Assembly: GCA_017626845.1 (NCBI GenBank)
Contig: JAGAHX010000009.1
Location: forward strand, 33,425-97,424
Direction of reading: 5' to 3'
From: Bacillota bacterium
Lineage (GTDB): Bacteria > Bacillota > Clostridia > Peptostreptococcales > Anaerovoracaceae
DNA: 64,000 bases
A program made the translations under genes and the position numbers. This document shows, in pieces, positions 1 to 8,382 of this stretch. How positions within the stretch are numbered: the first letter of the stretch is position 1; each line of letters starts with the position of its first letter. A model generated the notes under the pieces. That model saw nothing but the letters and a program-made list of their open reading frames with translations. It had not been told where the DNA came from and searched no databases.

Positions 1-167
1 CTGTGGACGAGACCAGCGAAGACAGCTTAAAGAGCAGGTATTTTGCTTCCAGGGAACAGGCCATCGCTTATCTGCAGACGGCGGATCACAGCGCCGTGCT
101 GCGGCAGACCACGTTGGAAGACGTGTTCGTCGAATGCGCCGGCCGCAAGCTGGAAGGCGGGAGGTAG
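1..167 (+). CDS. ABC transporter ATP-binding protein, C-terminal fragment (gene starts upstream of the window)
   Basis: The frame opening at nt 3 reads ...AVLRQTTLEDVFVECAGRKLEGGR and stops at TAG 165-167. An LEDVF tail is typical of DrrA/CcmA-type ABC ATPases. A permease gene starts 5 nt downstream. Confidence 0.6.
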   Translation, partial: VDETSEDSLKSRYFASREQAIAYLQTADHSAVLRQTTLEDVFVECAGRKLEGGR

Positions 168-171
168 CGGC

Positions 172-903
172 ATGGGTATACTCACCGTACTTTGGGAAAA
201 ATGGGTGGAATTCCGCCGGGACTTTTATAAGATCACGGTCGCTGCCATGATCTCGCCCCTGATGTACCTGATCATCTTCGGCATGGGCATTCAGACCACG
301 TCCCACGGCGAACCGTATCTGCACTTTCTGATCCCCGGCGTCGTCGCCATGTCCACCATGACGGGCAGCTTTTCCGCGATCGCCCAGAACATGAGCGTAC
401 AGCGGCTGTACGAAAAGGCGCTGGACCAGGTGATGGTCTCGCCAACGCCGCTGTGGCAGTTCATTCTGGGTCAGGTGATCGGCGGCAGCCTTCGCGGCAT
501 GTATGCCGGCGGCATCATATTGCTGCTTACGATGCCGATCCGCACGGATCTTACGTTTAATGCGCTGTCCCTGTTCATCCTGTTCCTCAACGGCCTGGTG
601 TTCTCCACGATCGCGCTCACGCTTTCGTTCCTTGCGAAGAGCTACACGGATGCACCGCGCTTTACGTCGTACATCATTACGCCCATGAGTTTTCTGTGCA
701 ACACGTTCTTCTCCACGGAGCAGATGCCGGCGGGGTTCCGGCAGGCAGTCTCGGCCTTGCCGCTGTCCCAAAGCGCCGGCATGATCCGCGCCATCGCCAA
801 CGGGGAAGATCCCGGATGGGTCGGATTTGCCGTGCTGGCAGCCTATCTGCTCGTGTTCGGGTTGCTGTCGATGAACTTTATCTATAAGAAAAAGAATCTG
901 TAG
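172..903 (+). CDS. ABC-2 type exporter permease
   Basis: ORF 43..903. ATG 172 (MGILTVLWEKW...) lies just after the upstream stop. The protein is hydrophobic and multi-TM with ABC-2 permease character. The 43-171 extension overlaps the ATPase tail. Confidence 0.7.
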   Translation: MGILTVLWEKWVEFRRDFYKITVAAMISPLMYLIIFGMGIQTTSHGEPYLHFLIPGVVAMSTMTGSFSAIAQNMSVQRLYEKALDQVMVSPTPLWQFILGQVIGGSLRGMYAGGIILLLTMPIRTDLTFNALSLFILFLNGLVFSTIALTLSFLAKSYTDAPRFTSYIITPMSFLCNTFFSTEQMPAGFRQAVSALPLSQSAGMIRAIANGEDPGWVGFAVLAAYLLVFGLLSMNFIYKKKNL

Positions 904-914
904 GAGGTCTCTTC

Positions 915-1694
915 ATGAAAAAAGCATTGCTGGCGGTCAGTTTCGGCACGTCGTTTCCCGATACGAGAAGAAAGACCATCGAATCGGTCGAAGAAGATCT
1001 GCAGAAGGAATTCCCGGACCGGACGTTTTACCGGGCCTGGAGCAGCGGGTTTCTGCGCCGCAAGGTAAAGGAGAGAGAGGAGATCGTCATGGATTCTCCC
1101 GCAGAGGCGCTGGACCGCATGGCGGAAGACGGCGTGACCGACGTGATCGTCGCCAACATGCACCTGATGAGGGGTGAAGAAAACGATTCGCTTCAGAACG
1201 TGCTGCTGCAGAAGAAAGACAAGTTCGCCCGGCTGGCAATCGCAAGACCGCTGATGGCGGAAAATCAGGATATCTCAGCGCTGGCAAAGGTGCTTGCCGA
1301 GGAATTCTACTTTGCAAAAGTGGAGGAACTGGTGGCTCTGATGGGTCACGGCAGCGAATTCCCCATGGAGAATCCCTATTGCAGACTGCAGGAATCCCTG
1401 GAACAGATCGCGCCCGGACGCTTCTGCGTCGGCACCGTGGAGTTCGACCCCGGATTTGAACCCGTTCTGCAGGCTGCGAAGGCCAAAAGACCGGCAAAGA
1501 TCTGGCTGGCGCCCCTGATGGTCGTCGCAGGAGACCATGCGGTGAACGACATGGCAGGCGATGGGGACGACTCCTGGAACAGCCGCCTGCAGGCGGAAGG
1601 GTTCCGTACGGAATGCCTGCTGCAGGGGTTGGGACAGATCGCCGGTGTGCGGAAACTCTACTGCAGACACGCGCAAGAGGCAGAGGTTTTATGA
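915..1694 (+). CDS. cbiK: Sirohydrochlorin cobaltochelatase CbiK (cytoplasmic, no signal peptide)
   Basis: 259 aa. N-terminus has LLAVSFGTSF. LMGHGSE and VVAGDHAVNDMAGD carry the two metal-binding His typical of CbiK. Confidence 0.85.
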   Translation: MKKALLAVSFGTSFPDTRRKTIESVEEDLQKEFPDRTFYRAWSSGFLRRKVKEREEIVMDSPAEALDRMAEDGVTDVIVANMHLMRGEENDSLQNVLLQKKDKFARLAIARPLMAENQDISALAKVLAEEFYFAKVEELVALMGHGSEFPMENPYCRLQESLEQIAPGRFCVGTVEFDPGFEPVLQAAKAKRPAKIWLAPLMVVAGDHAVNDMAGDGDDSWNSRLQAEGFRTECLLQGLGQIAGVRKLYCRHAQEAEVL

Positions 1695-2791
1695 GGAAAA
1701 TTGTTTTCCAAAACAGAATAGCCCTCGGAAAGCGGCTGCTTGCTCTGTTGATCTGCCTGCTTTTCGTCCTGAGCGACGGTTCCGCATTTGTTTATGCGGA
1801 CGGCGAGGAGGAGCTGACCGTGCAGGAGCGGATCGCAGAGATCCAGAAGCAGATCCGCAGCCAGAAAGTAGGGCAGTACGGCATGGTTCCCATCGACGGC
1901 TCCCTCATCGCGGACGGAGAATATCCCATCCAGGTGGAGTCCAGCTCCCCGTTTTTCCGCATCATCGAGGCGGTTCTGAAGGTGCAGGGCGGCGAGATGA
2001 CCGCCGACATCACCATCTCCAGCCTAAGTTACCAGTGGGTGTACTGCGGCACGGGCGAACAGGCGGATGCGGACAGCGAAGCAAACTATATCGGATACCG
2101 CGATGACGGCGGTCACGGCGTATTTACAGTCCCCGTGGAAGCGCTGAACAAACCCATTCCCTGCGCCGCCTACAGCAAAAAGCGCAAACGCTGGTACGAC
2201 CGGGACATCCTGTTTGTTGCCTCGACGCTTCCCGAAGGCGTGCTGCATACAGAACTTCCAGACTTCGAAGCCATCGAAACTGCGTTGAAAGCGTACGAAG
2301 TAAAGGATATTCAGGAACTGGCATCCAAACCGCATAAGATCCCGGAACCGGTAAGCGTTCCGAAGTCCGACGGCGAGTATTCCATCGAAGTCAACATGAC
2401 CGGCGGCAGCGGCCGGGCCAGCATCAGTTCGCCCACGCTGCTCACCGTAAGGGACGGCAAAGCCTATGCCACGCTCATCTGGAGCAGCACCTATTACGAT
2501 TATATGATCCTCGAAGAGGAGTATTACCTCAACCTGACGGAGGACGGCGGCCCGTCCCGCTTCGAGATCCCGATCACGGCCATGGATACGCCGATCCCCG
2601 TCATTGCGGATACGACGGCCATGGGCGACCCTGTGGAGATCCGCTACGAACTGACGTTCTACGAGGAATCCATCGGGGAAAAGGGACAGATCCCCCAGGA
2701 AGCGGCGAAGAAGGTGCTGATGATCGCAGGCGCCATCATCGTGTTCGGCGGCATCCTGAACTATTTTGTAAAGAAGAAGCGGGCGGCTTAG
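1691..2791 (+). CDS. Secreted, C-terminally membrane-anchored protein with two beta-rich repeat domains, family not recognised (paralog of 8383..9297)
   Basis: ATG 1691 overlaps the cbiK stop (ATGA). Signal peptide is LLALLICLLFVLSDGSAFVYA and the C-terminal TM is VLMIAGAIIVFGGILNYFVKKKR. Long colinear similarity to 8383..9297. Confidence 0.75.
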   Translation: MRKIVFQNRIALGKRLLALLICLLFVLSDGSAFVYADGEEELTVQERIAEIQKQIRSQKVGQYGMVPIDGSLIADGEYPIQVESSSPFFRIIEAVLKVQGGEMTADITISSLSYQWVYCGTGEQADADSEANYIGYRDDGGHGVFTVPVEALNKPIPCAAYSKKRKRWYDRDILFVASTLPEGVLHTELPDFEAIETALKAYEVKDIQELASKPHKIPEPVSVPKSDGEYSIEVNMTGGSGRASISSPTLLTVRDGKAYATLIWSSTYYDYMILEEEYYLNLTEDGGPSRFEIPITAMDTPIPVIADTTAMGDPVEIRYELTFYEESIGEKGQIPQEAAKKVLMIAGAIIVFGGILNYFVKKKRAA

Positions 2792-2801
2792 GAGGTCCTC
2801 T

Positions 2802-3452
2802 ATGGCATATTTTCCGATCCTGATCGATTGGGACGGTCTGCCTTGCCTGGTGGCGGGCGGAGGCCGTCTTGCGCTGCATAAAGCGGCGCTGTTAACGGAG
2901 CAGGGGGCGGTGGTGACCGTCGTGGCGCCGGAGATCTGCGAAGAGATCCTGGCTCTTCCTGTGACCCCGGTATTGCGGAGGGTCACAGGGGAAGACGCTG
3001 CCGGCAAAGCCCTGGTGATCGACGCCACGGGCGACAGCGAAGCGCAAAAGCTCTTATCGGACGCCTGCAGACGGCAGAACGTGCCCTTTAACAGCGCGTG
3101 CAAGGTCGACGACGGAACGGCGATCTTTCCGGCGGTCCACAGACAGGGACGAACGGTCGTCGCCGTATCCAGCCTGGGAGCCAGTCCCGCTGCCAGCGCA
3201 AAACTACGCGATAAACTGGCAAACGAGGTTCCTGCGGAGATGGATGCGATCCTGGACTGCATGGCAGACCTGCGGCCGCTGTCCCGGGAATGGTTCTCCG
3301 AACAGCCGGAGCGAAGAGAATTCCTGCACCGCTGCCTGGATGCCATGCTGGCTTCCGGCAGACCTTTAAACGAAGAAACGGTCCGGGAGATCCGGAATTC
3401 CATTCGATCAATGTGTATTCAGCGAGAAGAAAAGGAGAAAACACATGGGTAA
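2802..3452 (+). CDS. Precorrin-2 dehydrogenase / sirohydrochlorin ferrochelatase (SirC / CysG N-terminal-domain type)
   Basis: 216 aa. N-terminal Rossmann motif VAGGGRLALHKAALLTEQGAVVTVVAPE is typical of siroheme synthase N-domain proteins. Confidence 0.75.
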   Translation: MAYFPILIDWDGLPCLVAGGGRLALHKAALLTEQGAVVTVVAPEICEEILALPVTPVLRRVTGEDAAGKALVIDATGDSEAQKLLSDACRRQNVPFNSACKVDDGTAIFPAVHRQGRTVVAVSSLGASPAASAKLRDKLANEVPAEMDAILDCMADLRPLSREWFSEQPERREFLHRCLDAMLASGRPLNEETVREIRNSIRSMCIQREEKEKTHG

Positions 3453-4404
3453 ACGATCCAAATTACTGATCTTACTGCTCTGCCTGTCCCTTCTGGCAGG
3501 CTGTGCAAAAACGGCGGAGCCGGAAGTAGAGGTGCAGCCGGCAGAATGGACTGCTGTAACCGTTACGGACGATCTGGGCAGGGAAGTGACCCTGGAGAAC
3601 GAGCCGCAGCGCGTTGCCTACCTCATCGGCAGCTTTGCGGAGACCTGGCAGCTGGCCGGCGGTGAAATGGCTGCTGCTGTCCGGGATGCCTGGGATGATT
3701 TCGATCTCGGCCTCGGCGAAGACGTCATCAATCTCGGCAAATATCAGGACGTCAACATGGAGATCCTGTTCGCAGCGGAGCCCGATCTTGTGATCGCCAG
3801 CGCCAATACGAAAGGGCAGGTCGAACTGAAGGAAACGCTGGAGAGCGCCGGCATCCCCGTGCTCTATTTCAGCGTATACGGCTTCGAAGATTATCTGCGG
3901 ATGCTGGACGTCTGCACCCAGATCACGGGCCGTCCGGACCTGTATGAAGAGAACGGCCTCAAGATCCAGCAGAACATCGAAACCGTAAAGCAGGCGGCTC
4001 AGGCCGCCGCAGCGGAACAGGGCGCTCCCAGAGTTCTATTCATCCGCGCCGCCGCATCTTTCGTCAGAGCGAAGGGCAGCGACGATACGGTCCTCGGCCT
4101 GATGCTGAAGGATCTGGGTTGCATCAATATTGCGGACGGCAGCGACCTTCTGGACGATCTTTCCATGGAAAAGATCATCGAAGAGGATCCGGACATGATC
4201 TTCATCGTGCAGCAAGGGAACGACACCGAAGGCACCCAGCAGGCACTGCAGGATGCGCTTACCGGCAACCCTGCATGGGCCGGACTGACTGCCGTGAAGG
4301 AAGACCGGGTCTACCACATGGATCGAAAACTATTCCACTTTAAGCCCAATAACCGTTGGGACCAGTCCTATGAGCAGCTCGAACAGATCCTCTACGGAGA
4401 ATAA
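3445..4404 (+). CDS. ABC importer substrate-binding lipoprotein (BtuF/FhuD-type, cluster A)
   Basis: Lipobox LLAGC at the N-terminus. Sits next to a FecCD permease and ATPase. DLVIAS and FIVQ motifs fit periplasmic-binding-protein type 2. Confidence 0.8.
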   Translation: MGKRSKLLILLLCLSLLAGCAKTAEPEVEVQPAEWTAVTVTDDLGREVTLENEPQRVAYLIGSFAETWQLAGGEMAAAVRDAWDDFDLGLGEDVINLGKYQDVNMEILFAAEPDLVIASANTKGQVELKETLESAGIPVLYFSVYGFEDYLRMLDVCTQITGRPDLYEENGLKIQQNIETVKQAAQAAAAEQGAPRVLFIRAAASFVRAKGSDDTVLGLMLKDLGCINIADGSDLLDDLSMEKIIEEDPDMIFIVQQGNDTEGTQQALQDALTGNPAWAGLTAVKEDRVYHMDRKLFHFKPNNRWDQSYEQLEQILYGE

Positions 4405-5383
4405 GACGATAACATTGATCGCAGCGGCTGCGACCTTCATGGCCGCTGCCGCCTTGCTGAATATCTGCCTGGGCGCCTCCCGCATCTCGCTTCCTCAGCT
4501 CTGGGAGGCGCTGCTCAGCGGGCCTGGTACGTCTGCCGCGTCCCGCATTCTCTGGTATGTCCGGCTGCCCCGCACTGCCGCCTGCCTGCTGGCGGGGGCA
4601 GGGCTTGCGGTGTCCGGCACCGTGATCCAGAAGGTGCTGGCCAATAATCTGGCATCGCCCGGGATCATCGGCGTCAATGCCGGTGCAGGTCTTGCGGTTG
4701 CCATCTGCAGCGGCTTCGGCATGTACTCCGCCTGGGTCATCGCGGGTTCCGCCTTCCTGGGCGCCATGATCGCCACCTTCGTCGTGGTCATCGTCGCCAG
4801 AAAGAGCAGCGCGTCCCGGACGACGGTCGTGTTGGGCGGCGTGGCCGTTACGGCCTGCCTGAACGCGGTGACCGAGACCATCATCGTCCTCATCCCGGAT
4901 GCGGCGCTTGCCAACGTGGATTTCCGGGTGGGTGGCTTTTCTGCGGTCAACCACGCGAGACTGGTGCCCGCCGCAGTGCTCATTCTGGCGGGGATCGTTC
5001 TGGTATGCACGCTGACGAACGAACTGGACGTACTGTCTCTTGGAGACGACACTGCCCATTCCCTGGGTCTTCGGGTCAACCGCATGCGCAACGGTTTTCT
5101 GACCCTGGCAGCGCTTCTGGCCGGAGCTACCGTAAGCTTTGCCGGCATCCTGGGATTTGTCGGGCTCATCGTGCCCCATATCGCCCGGCGCTTTATCGGA
5201 AACGAAAGCGGAAGGCTGCTGCCGTTCTGCGCGCTGATGGGGGCGGGATTTGTAACCATATGCGATCTGGCAGCACGCCTGATCTTTGCGCCTTACGAAG
5301 TATCCACGGGCATCCTGCTGAATTTCCTGGGCGGACCGTTCTTCGTCTGGCTGCTGCTGAAAAGAAAGGATAAGCACAAATGA
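4370..5383 (+). CDS. FecCD/BtuC-family ABC importer permease
   Basis: 337 aa and highly hydrophobic. LPRTAACLLAGAGLAVSGTVIQ and GILGFVGLIVPHIARR are hallmark FecCD motifs. Confidence 0.9.
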   Translation: MSSSNRSSTENKTITLIAAAATFMAAAALLNICLGASRISLPQLWEALLSGPGTSAASRILWYVRLPRTAACLLAGAGLAVSGTVIQKVLANNLASPGIIGVNAGAGLAVAICSGFGMYSAWVIAGSAFLGAMIATFVVVIVARKSSASRTTVVLGGVAVTACLNAVTETIIVLIPDAALANVDFRVGGFSAVNHARLVPAAVLILAGIVLVCTLTNELDVLSLGDDTAHSLGLRVNRMRNGFLTLAALLAGATVSFAGILGFVGLIVPHIARRFIGNESGRLLPFCALMGAGFVTICDLAARLIFAPYEVSTGILLNFLGGPFFVWLLLKRKDKHK

Positions 5384-6138
5384 TTTCCATACACGATCTG
5401 CATGCTTCCTATGAGGGAGACGAGATCCTGCACGGGATCGATGCTGCCTTTCCGGAAGGAAAGATCTCGGTGCTGATGGGTCCCAATGGCTGCGGGAAGA
5501 GCACCACGCTGCGCTCCCTCGTGCGCTTGGTTCCGCAGCGCAGCGGCCGGATCGAGATCGACGGACAGTCCGCGGATACCTATACGCCGCGGGATCTGGC
5601 CCGGAAGATCGCGTATCTGCCCCAGAGCAGAAACGTACCGGACATCGCGGTGCGTTCCCTGGTGATGCACGGCAGGTTTCCTTATCTGAGTTATCCGCGG
5701 CGCTATCGCCCGGAAGACCACCGGAAAGTACAAGAGGCGCTGGAATGGGTCGGTCTTTCGGATCTGGCGGACCGGAAGATGGAAAACCTCTCCGGGGGTC
5801 AACGGCAGAAGGCGTATCTGGCCATGGCGCTGGCGCAGGATACGGACGTCATCCTGATGGACGAACCGACGACGTTCCTGGACATCCGCAACCAATTCGA
5901 TCTTCTGGACCGGGCGAAGCAGCTGGCCCGGCAGGGAAAGACCGTCATCATGATCCTGCACGATTTTGAGGCCATCCTGCGCTACGCAGACCACGTCATC
6001 CTTCTGCACGACGGAAGCGTCCTGCAGGAGGGCAGGGCGGAAGATGTTCTCCGCTCGACCTCCATTCCGGAAGCGTTCCGGGTGACTCCTGTGTTCTATC
6101 AGGGCGACGATGGGTTGCACTGCTACGTGCATAAATAG
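5380..6138 (+). CDS. ABC importer ATP-binding protein (FepC/BtuD-type)
   Basis: Walker A GPNGCGKST, signature LSGGQRQ, Walker B ILMDEPT. 252 aa. Confidence 0.9.
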   Translation: MISIHDLHASYEGDEILHGIDAAFPEGKISVLMGPNGCGKSTTLRSLVRLVPQRSGRIEIDGQSADTYTPRDLARKIAYLPQSRNVPDIAVRSLVMHGRFPYLSYPRRYRPEDHRKVQEALEWVGLSDLADRKMENLSGGQRQKAYLAMALAQDTDVILMDEPTTFLDIRNQFDLLDRAKQLARQGKTVIMILHDFEAILRYADHVILLHDGSVLQEGRAEDVLRSTSIPEAFRVTPVFYQGDDGLHCYVHK

Positions 6139-6146
6139 AAATAGGG

Positions 6147-6175
6147 TTGAATTTTTCTTCCTTCTATACTAAAAT
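6147..6175 (+). promoter_or_regulatory. Sigma-A-like promoter (TTGAAT-17 nt-TAAAAT) feeding the riboswitch leader
   Basis: Hexamers at 6147-6152 and 6170-6175 with a 17-nt spacer, in the only AT-rich gap of this region. Confidence 0.5.
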
Positions 6176-6229
6176 TATTTTGTTATGCCGTGGGCAATTC
6201 CGCCCAGGGTTTTGACGTGCACAACTGAA

Positions 6230-6428
6230 TAAGAGACCGGTGCTCCGGCGTACAGATCAGTATGTCGGGGATAATAGGGAAACGGGTGAGAATCCCGTAC
6301 GATCTCGTCACTGTCATAGGCGAGTATGCGGCAACGCGAAATAAGCAGTCACTGATTCTCCATTGGGAAGACTGCCGCATATGAGGACCCTTCAGTCAGG
6401 AAACCTGCCGGTCATGGTACAGGAGCGT
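6230..6428 (+). ncRNA. Cobalamin (AdoCbl) riboswitch
   Basis: Core motifs read directly: AATAGGGAAACGGGTGAGAATCCCGT, TCGTCACTGT, CACTGATTCTCCATTGGGAAGAC and the B12 box CAGTCAGGAAACCTGCCGG. Lies about 80 nt upstream of the 6507 start, with a T-rich tract at 6466-6475. Confidence 0.85.
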
Positions 6429-6506
6429 TTGCTCTGCGCCACGAGTTATTGGTTGTACCGCCGCGTTTGTTTTTTCATGTGACGCGACAGAAACAAGGAG
6501 GAAAAC

Positions 6507-8303
6507 ATGAAACTCAAGAAAATTCTTGCGCTGCTGCTGGCGCTGGTCCTCATCATGGGATCGCTGGCAGCATGCACCAGCTCTCAGCAGCCTGCTGAGG
6601 AAGAGGATGAAGAAAACTACGAGACCGGCGACGCGTCTCTGGACGATCCTCTGAATCAGGACGGCATCGGCCCCACCGAGATCTTAGTCGTATCTTTCGG
6701 AACCAGCTTTAACGATTCCAGAAGACTCACCATCGGCGCCATCGAAAAGGACATCGCCGCTGCTTTCCCGCAGTTTGACGTCCGCAGAGGCTTCACCGCG
6801 CAGATCATCATCGATCATGTGCAGAACAGAGACGGCGAAGTCATCGATAACTTCGAACAGGCCATGGACCGCGCAGTTGCCAACGGCGTCAAGAACATCA
6901 TCATCCAGCCGACCCACCTGATGGCAGGTCTGGAATACAACGACATCGTCGCTTCCGCAGCCAACTATGCCGACGCCTTCAACAGCATCACGATCGGCAA
7001 GAACCTGCTGGATACCGACAGCGATTTCGTGACCGTTGCAAGCCTTCTCTATGAAGAGACCAAGTCCTACGACGACGGCGAGACCGCGATCGTTTTCATG
7101 GGTCACGGCACCGAAGCTGAATCCAACAGCGTCTACGCTTCCATGCAGGCTACCTTCGACCAGATGGGTCTGAAAAACTGCTATGTCGGCACCGTCGAAG
7201 CGACTCCGTCCCTGGACGACGTCGTAGCAGCAGCCAAGGAAGGCGGCTATAAGAGAGTCGTTCTCGAGCCCATGATGATCGTCTGCGGCGACCACGCCAA
7301 CAACGACATGGCCGGCGATGAAGAAGACTCCTGGAAGAGCACTTTCGAAGCGGAAGGCTTTGAAGTCGAATGTGTCATGAAGGGCCTGGGCGAGATCCAG
7401 GGCATCCGCGATCTCATCGTAGAGCACCTGACCGAGACCATCGAAAATGCAGACGAAGATCTGCTCACCGGCGATGCGTCCAAGGACGACCCCCTCAACG
7501 CTGACGAGATCGGCGAAAACGAACTGCTCGTCGTATCCTTCGGCACCAGCTTTAACGACTCCAGAGTTGCCACCATCGGCGGTATCGAAAAAGCTCTGGC
7601 CGCAGCATTCCCCGAATGGAGCGTCCGCAGAGGCTTTACCGCTCAGATCATCATCGACCACGTAGCGGACAGAGACGGCGAAGTCATCGACAACTTCGAA
7701 GAAGCCATGGATCGCGCTGTTGCCAACGGCGTCAAGAACATCGTTATTCAGCCGACCCATCTGATGGCAGGTCTGGAATATAACGACATCGTTGCTTCCG
7801 CAGCGAACTATGCAGACGCGTTCGAATCCATCACGATCGGCAAGAACCTGCTGGATTCCGATGCGGACTTCGAGCACGTTGCTCAGGTCGTCCACGAAGA
7901 GACCCAGCAGTACGACGACGGCGAGACCGCCATCATCTTCATGGGTCACGGCACCGAAGCCGAATCCAACGCAGTCTACGCCAAGATGCAGACCGTGTTC
8001 GACAAGCTCGGCTATGCCAACTACTACATCGGCACCGTCGAAGCTACCCCGTCTCTGGACGACGTCGTAGCAGCAGCAAAAGCCGGCGGTTATAAGAAGG
8101 TCGTTCTCGAGCCTCTGATGATCGTCTGCGGCGACCACGCCAACAACGACATGGCAGGCGATGAGGAAGACTCCTGGAAGAGCACCTTCGAAGCAGAAGG
8201 CTTCGAGGTCGAATGCAACATGGTCGGTCTCGGCCAGCTGCCCGCGATCCAGGAACTGATCGTTGACCACTGCAAGGCCACGATGACCGAAGCAGGTTTC
8301 TAA
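6507..8303 (+). CDS. Lipoprotein made of two tandem full-length CbiK-like chelatase modules
   Basis: Lipobox GSLAAC at residues 18-23, then an acidic linker. Two 281-aa units each carry VVSFGTSFNDSR, FMGHGTEAESN and IVCGDHANNDMAGDEEDSW. Confidence 0.85.
   Translation: MKLKKILALLLALVLIMGSLAACTSSQQPAEEEDEENYETGDASLDDPLNQDGIGPTEILVVSFGTSFNDSRRLTIGAIEKDIAAAFPQFDVRRGFTAQIIIDHVQNRDGEVIDNFEQAMDRAVANGVKNIIIQPTHLMAGLEYNDIVASAANYADAFNSITIGKNLLDTDSDFVTVASLLYEETKSYDDGETAIVFMGHGTEAESNSVYASMQATFDQMGLKNCYVGTVEATPSLDDVVAAAKEGGYKRVVLEPMMIVCGDHANNDMAGDEEDSWKSTFEAEGFEVECVMKGLGEIQGIRDLIVEHLTETIENADEDLLTGDASKDDPLNADEIGENELLVVSFGTSFNDSRVATIGGIEKALAAAFPEWSVRRGFTAQIIIDHVADRDGEVIDNFEEAMDRAVANGVKNIVIQPTHLMAGLEYNDIVASAANYADAFESITIGKNLLDSDADFEHVAQVVHEETQQYDDGETAIIFMGHGTEAESNAVYAKMQTVFDKLGYANYYIGTVEATPSLDDVVAAAKAGGYKKVVLEPLMIVCGDHANNDMAGDEEDSWKSTFEAEGFEVECNMVGLGQLPAIQELIVDHCKATMTEAGF
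6627..8300 (+). repeat. In-frame tandem duplication with an 843-nt period (unit 1 6627-7469, unit 2 7470-8300)
   Basis: GDAS(L/K)DDPLN restarts exactly 843 nt (281 codons) after its first occurrence. The units are colinear and roughly four-fifths identical at protein level by eye. Confidence 0.9.
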
Positions 8304-8336
8304 ACCCATTCAGAAAGGCAAACAACGAATCGAATA

Positions 8337-8366
8337 GCGGTCCGGAACATCTATTCCGGACCGCTT
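8337..8366 (+). terminator. Intercistronic hairpin (partial terminator, attenuator or mRNA-stabilising stem)
   Basis: Perfect 11-bp stem GCGGTCCGGAA / TTCCGGACCGC with a 6-nt loop. Only a weak T tract (TTCTT) follows. Confidence 0.5.
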
Positions 8367-8382
8367 CTTGAAGGAAGAGAAA

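Noticed and set aside
43-171. N-terminal extensions of several track ORFs: 43..171, 1613..1690, 10322..10456, 14430..14642, 20912..20944, 43720..43791, 46991..47116, 48804..48965, 51167..51211 and 56306..56332.
   Set aside because: The extensions overlap the end of the upstream gene or lack an RBS. Internal starts give canonical N-termini and sensible RBS spacing.
2024-3403. Very long antisense or alternative-frame ORFs. Examples are 2024..3403 (-), 4340..5377 (-), 6684..8309 (-), 9322..10470 (-), 10493..11896 (-), 15695..16996 (-), 35328..36599 (+), 36445..37635 (+), 56273..58045 (-) and 62046..62984 (-).
   Set aside because: They overlap confidently recognised genes on the opposite strand or in another frame. 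Their products are Arg/Gly/Ala/Pro-rich with no motifs. This is the usual shadow-ORF artefact of 60% GC DNA.
6430-6506. A defined terminator / antiterminator expression platform for the B12 riboswitch.
   Set aside because: A T-rich tract (6466-6475) and a GGTACA/TGTACC pairing are visible. I could not build a convincing stem by eye, so the mechanism (transcriptional or translational) is left open.
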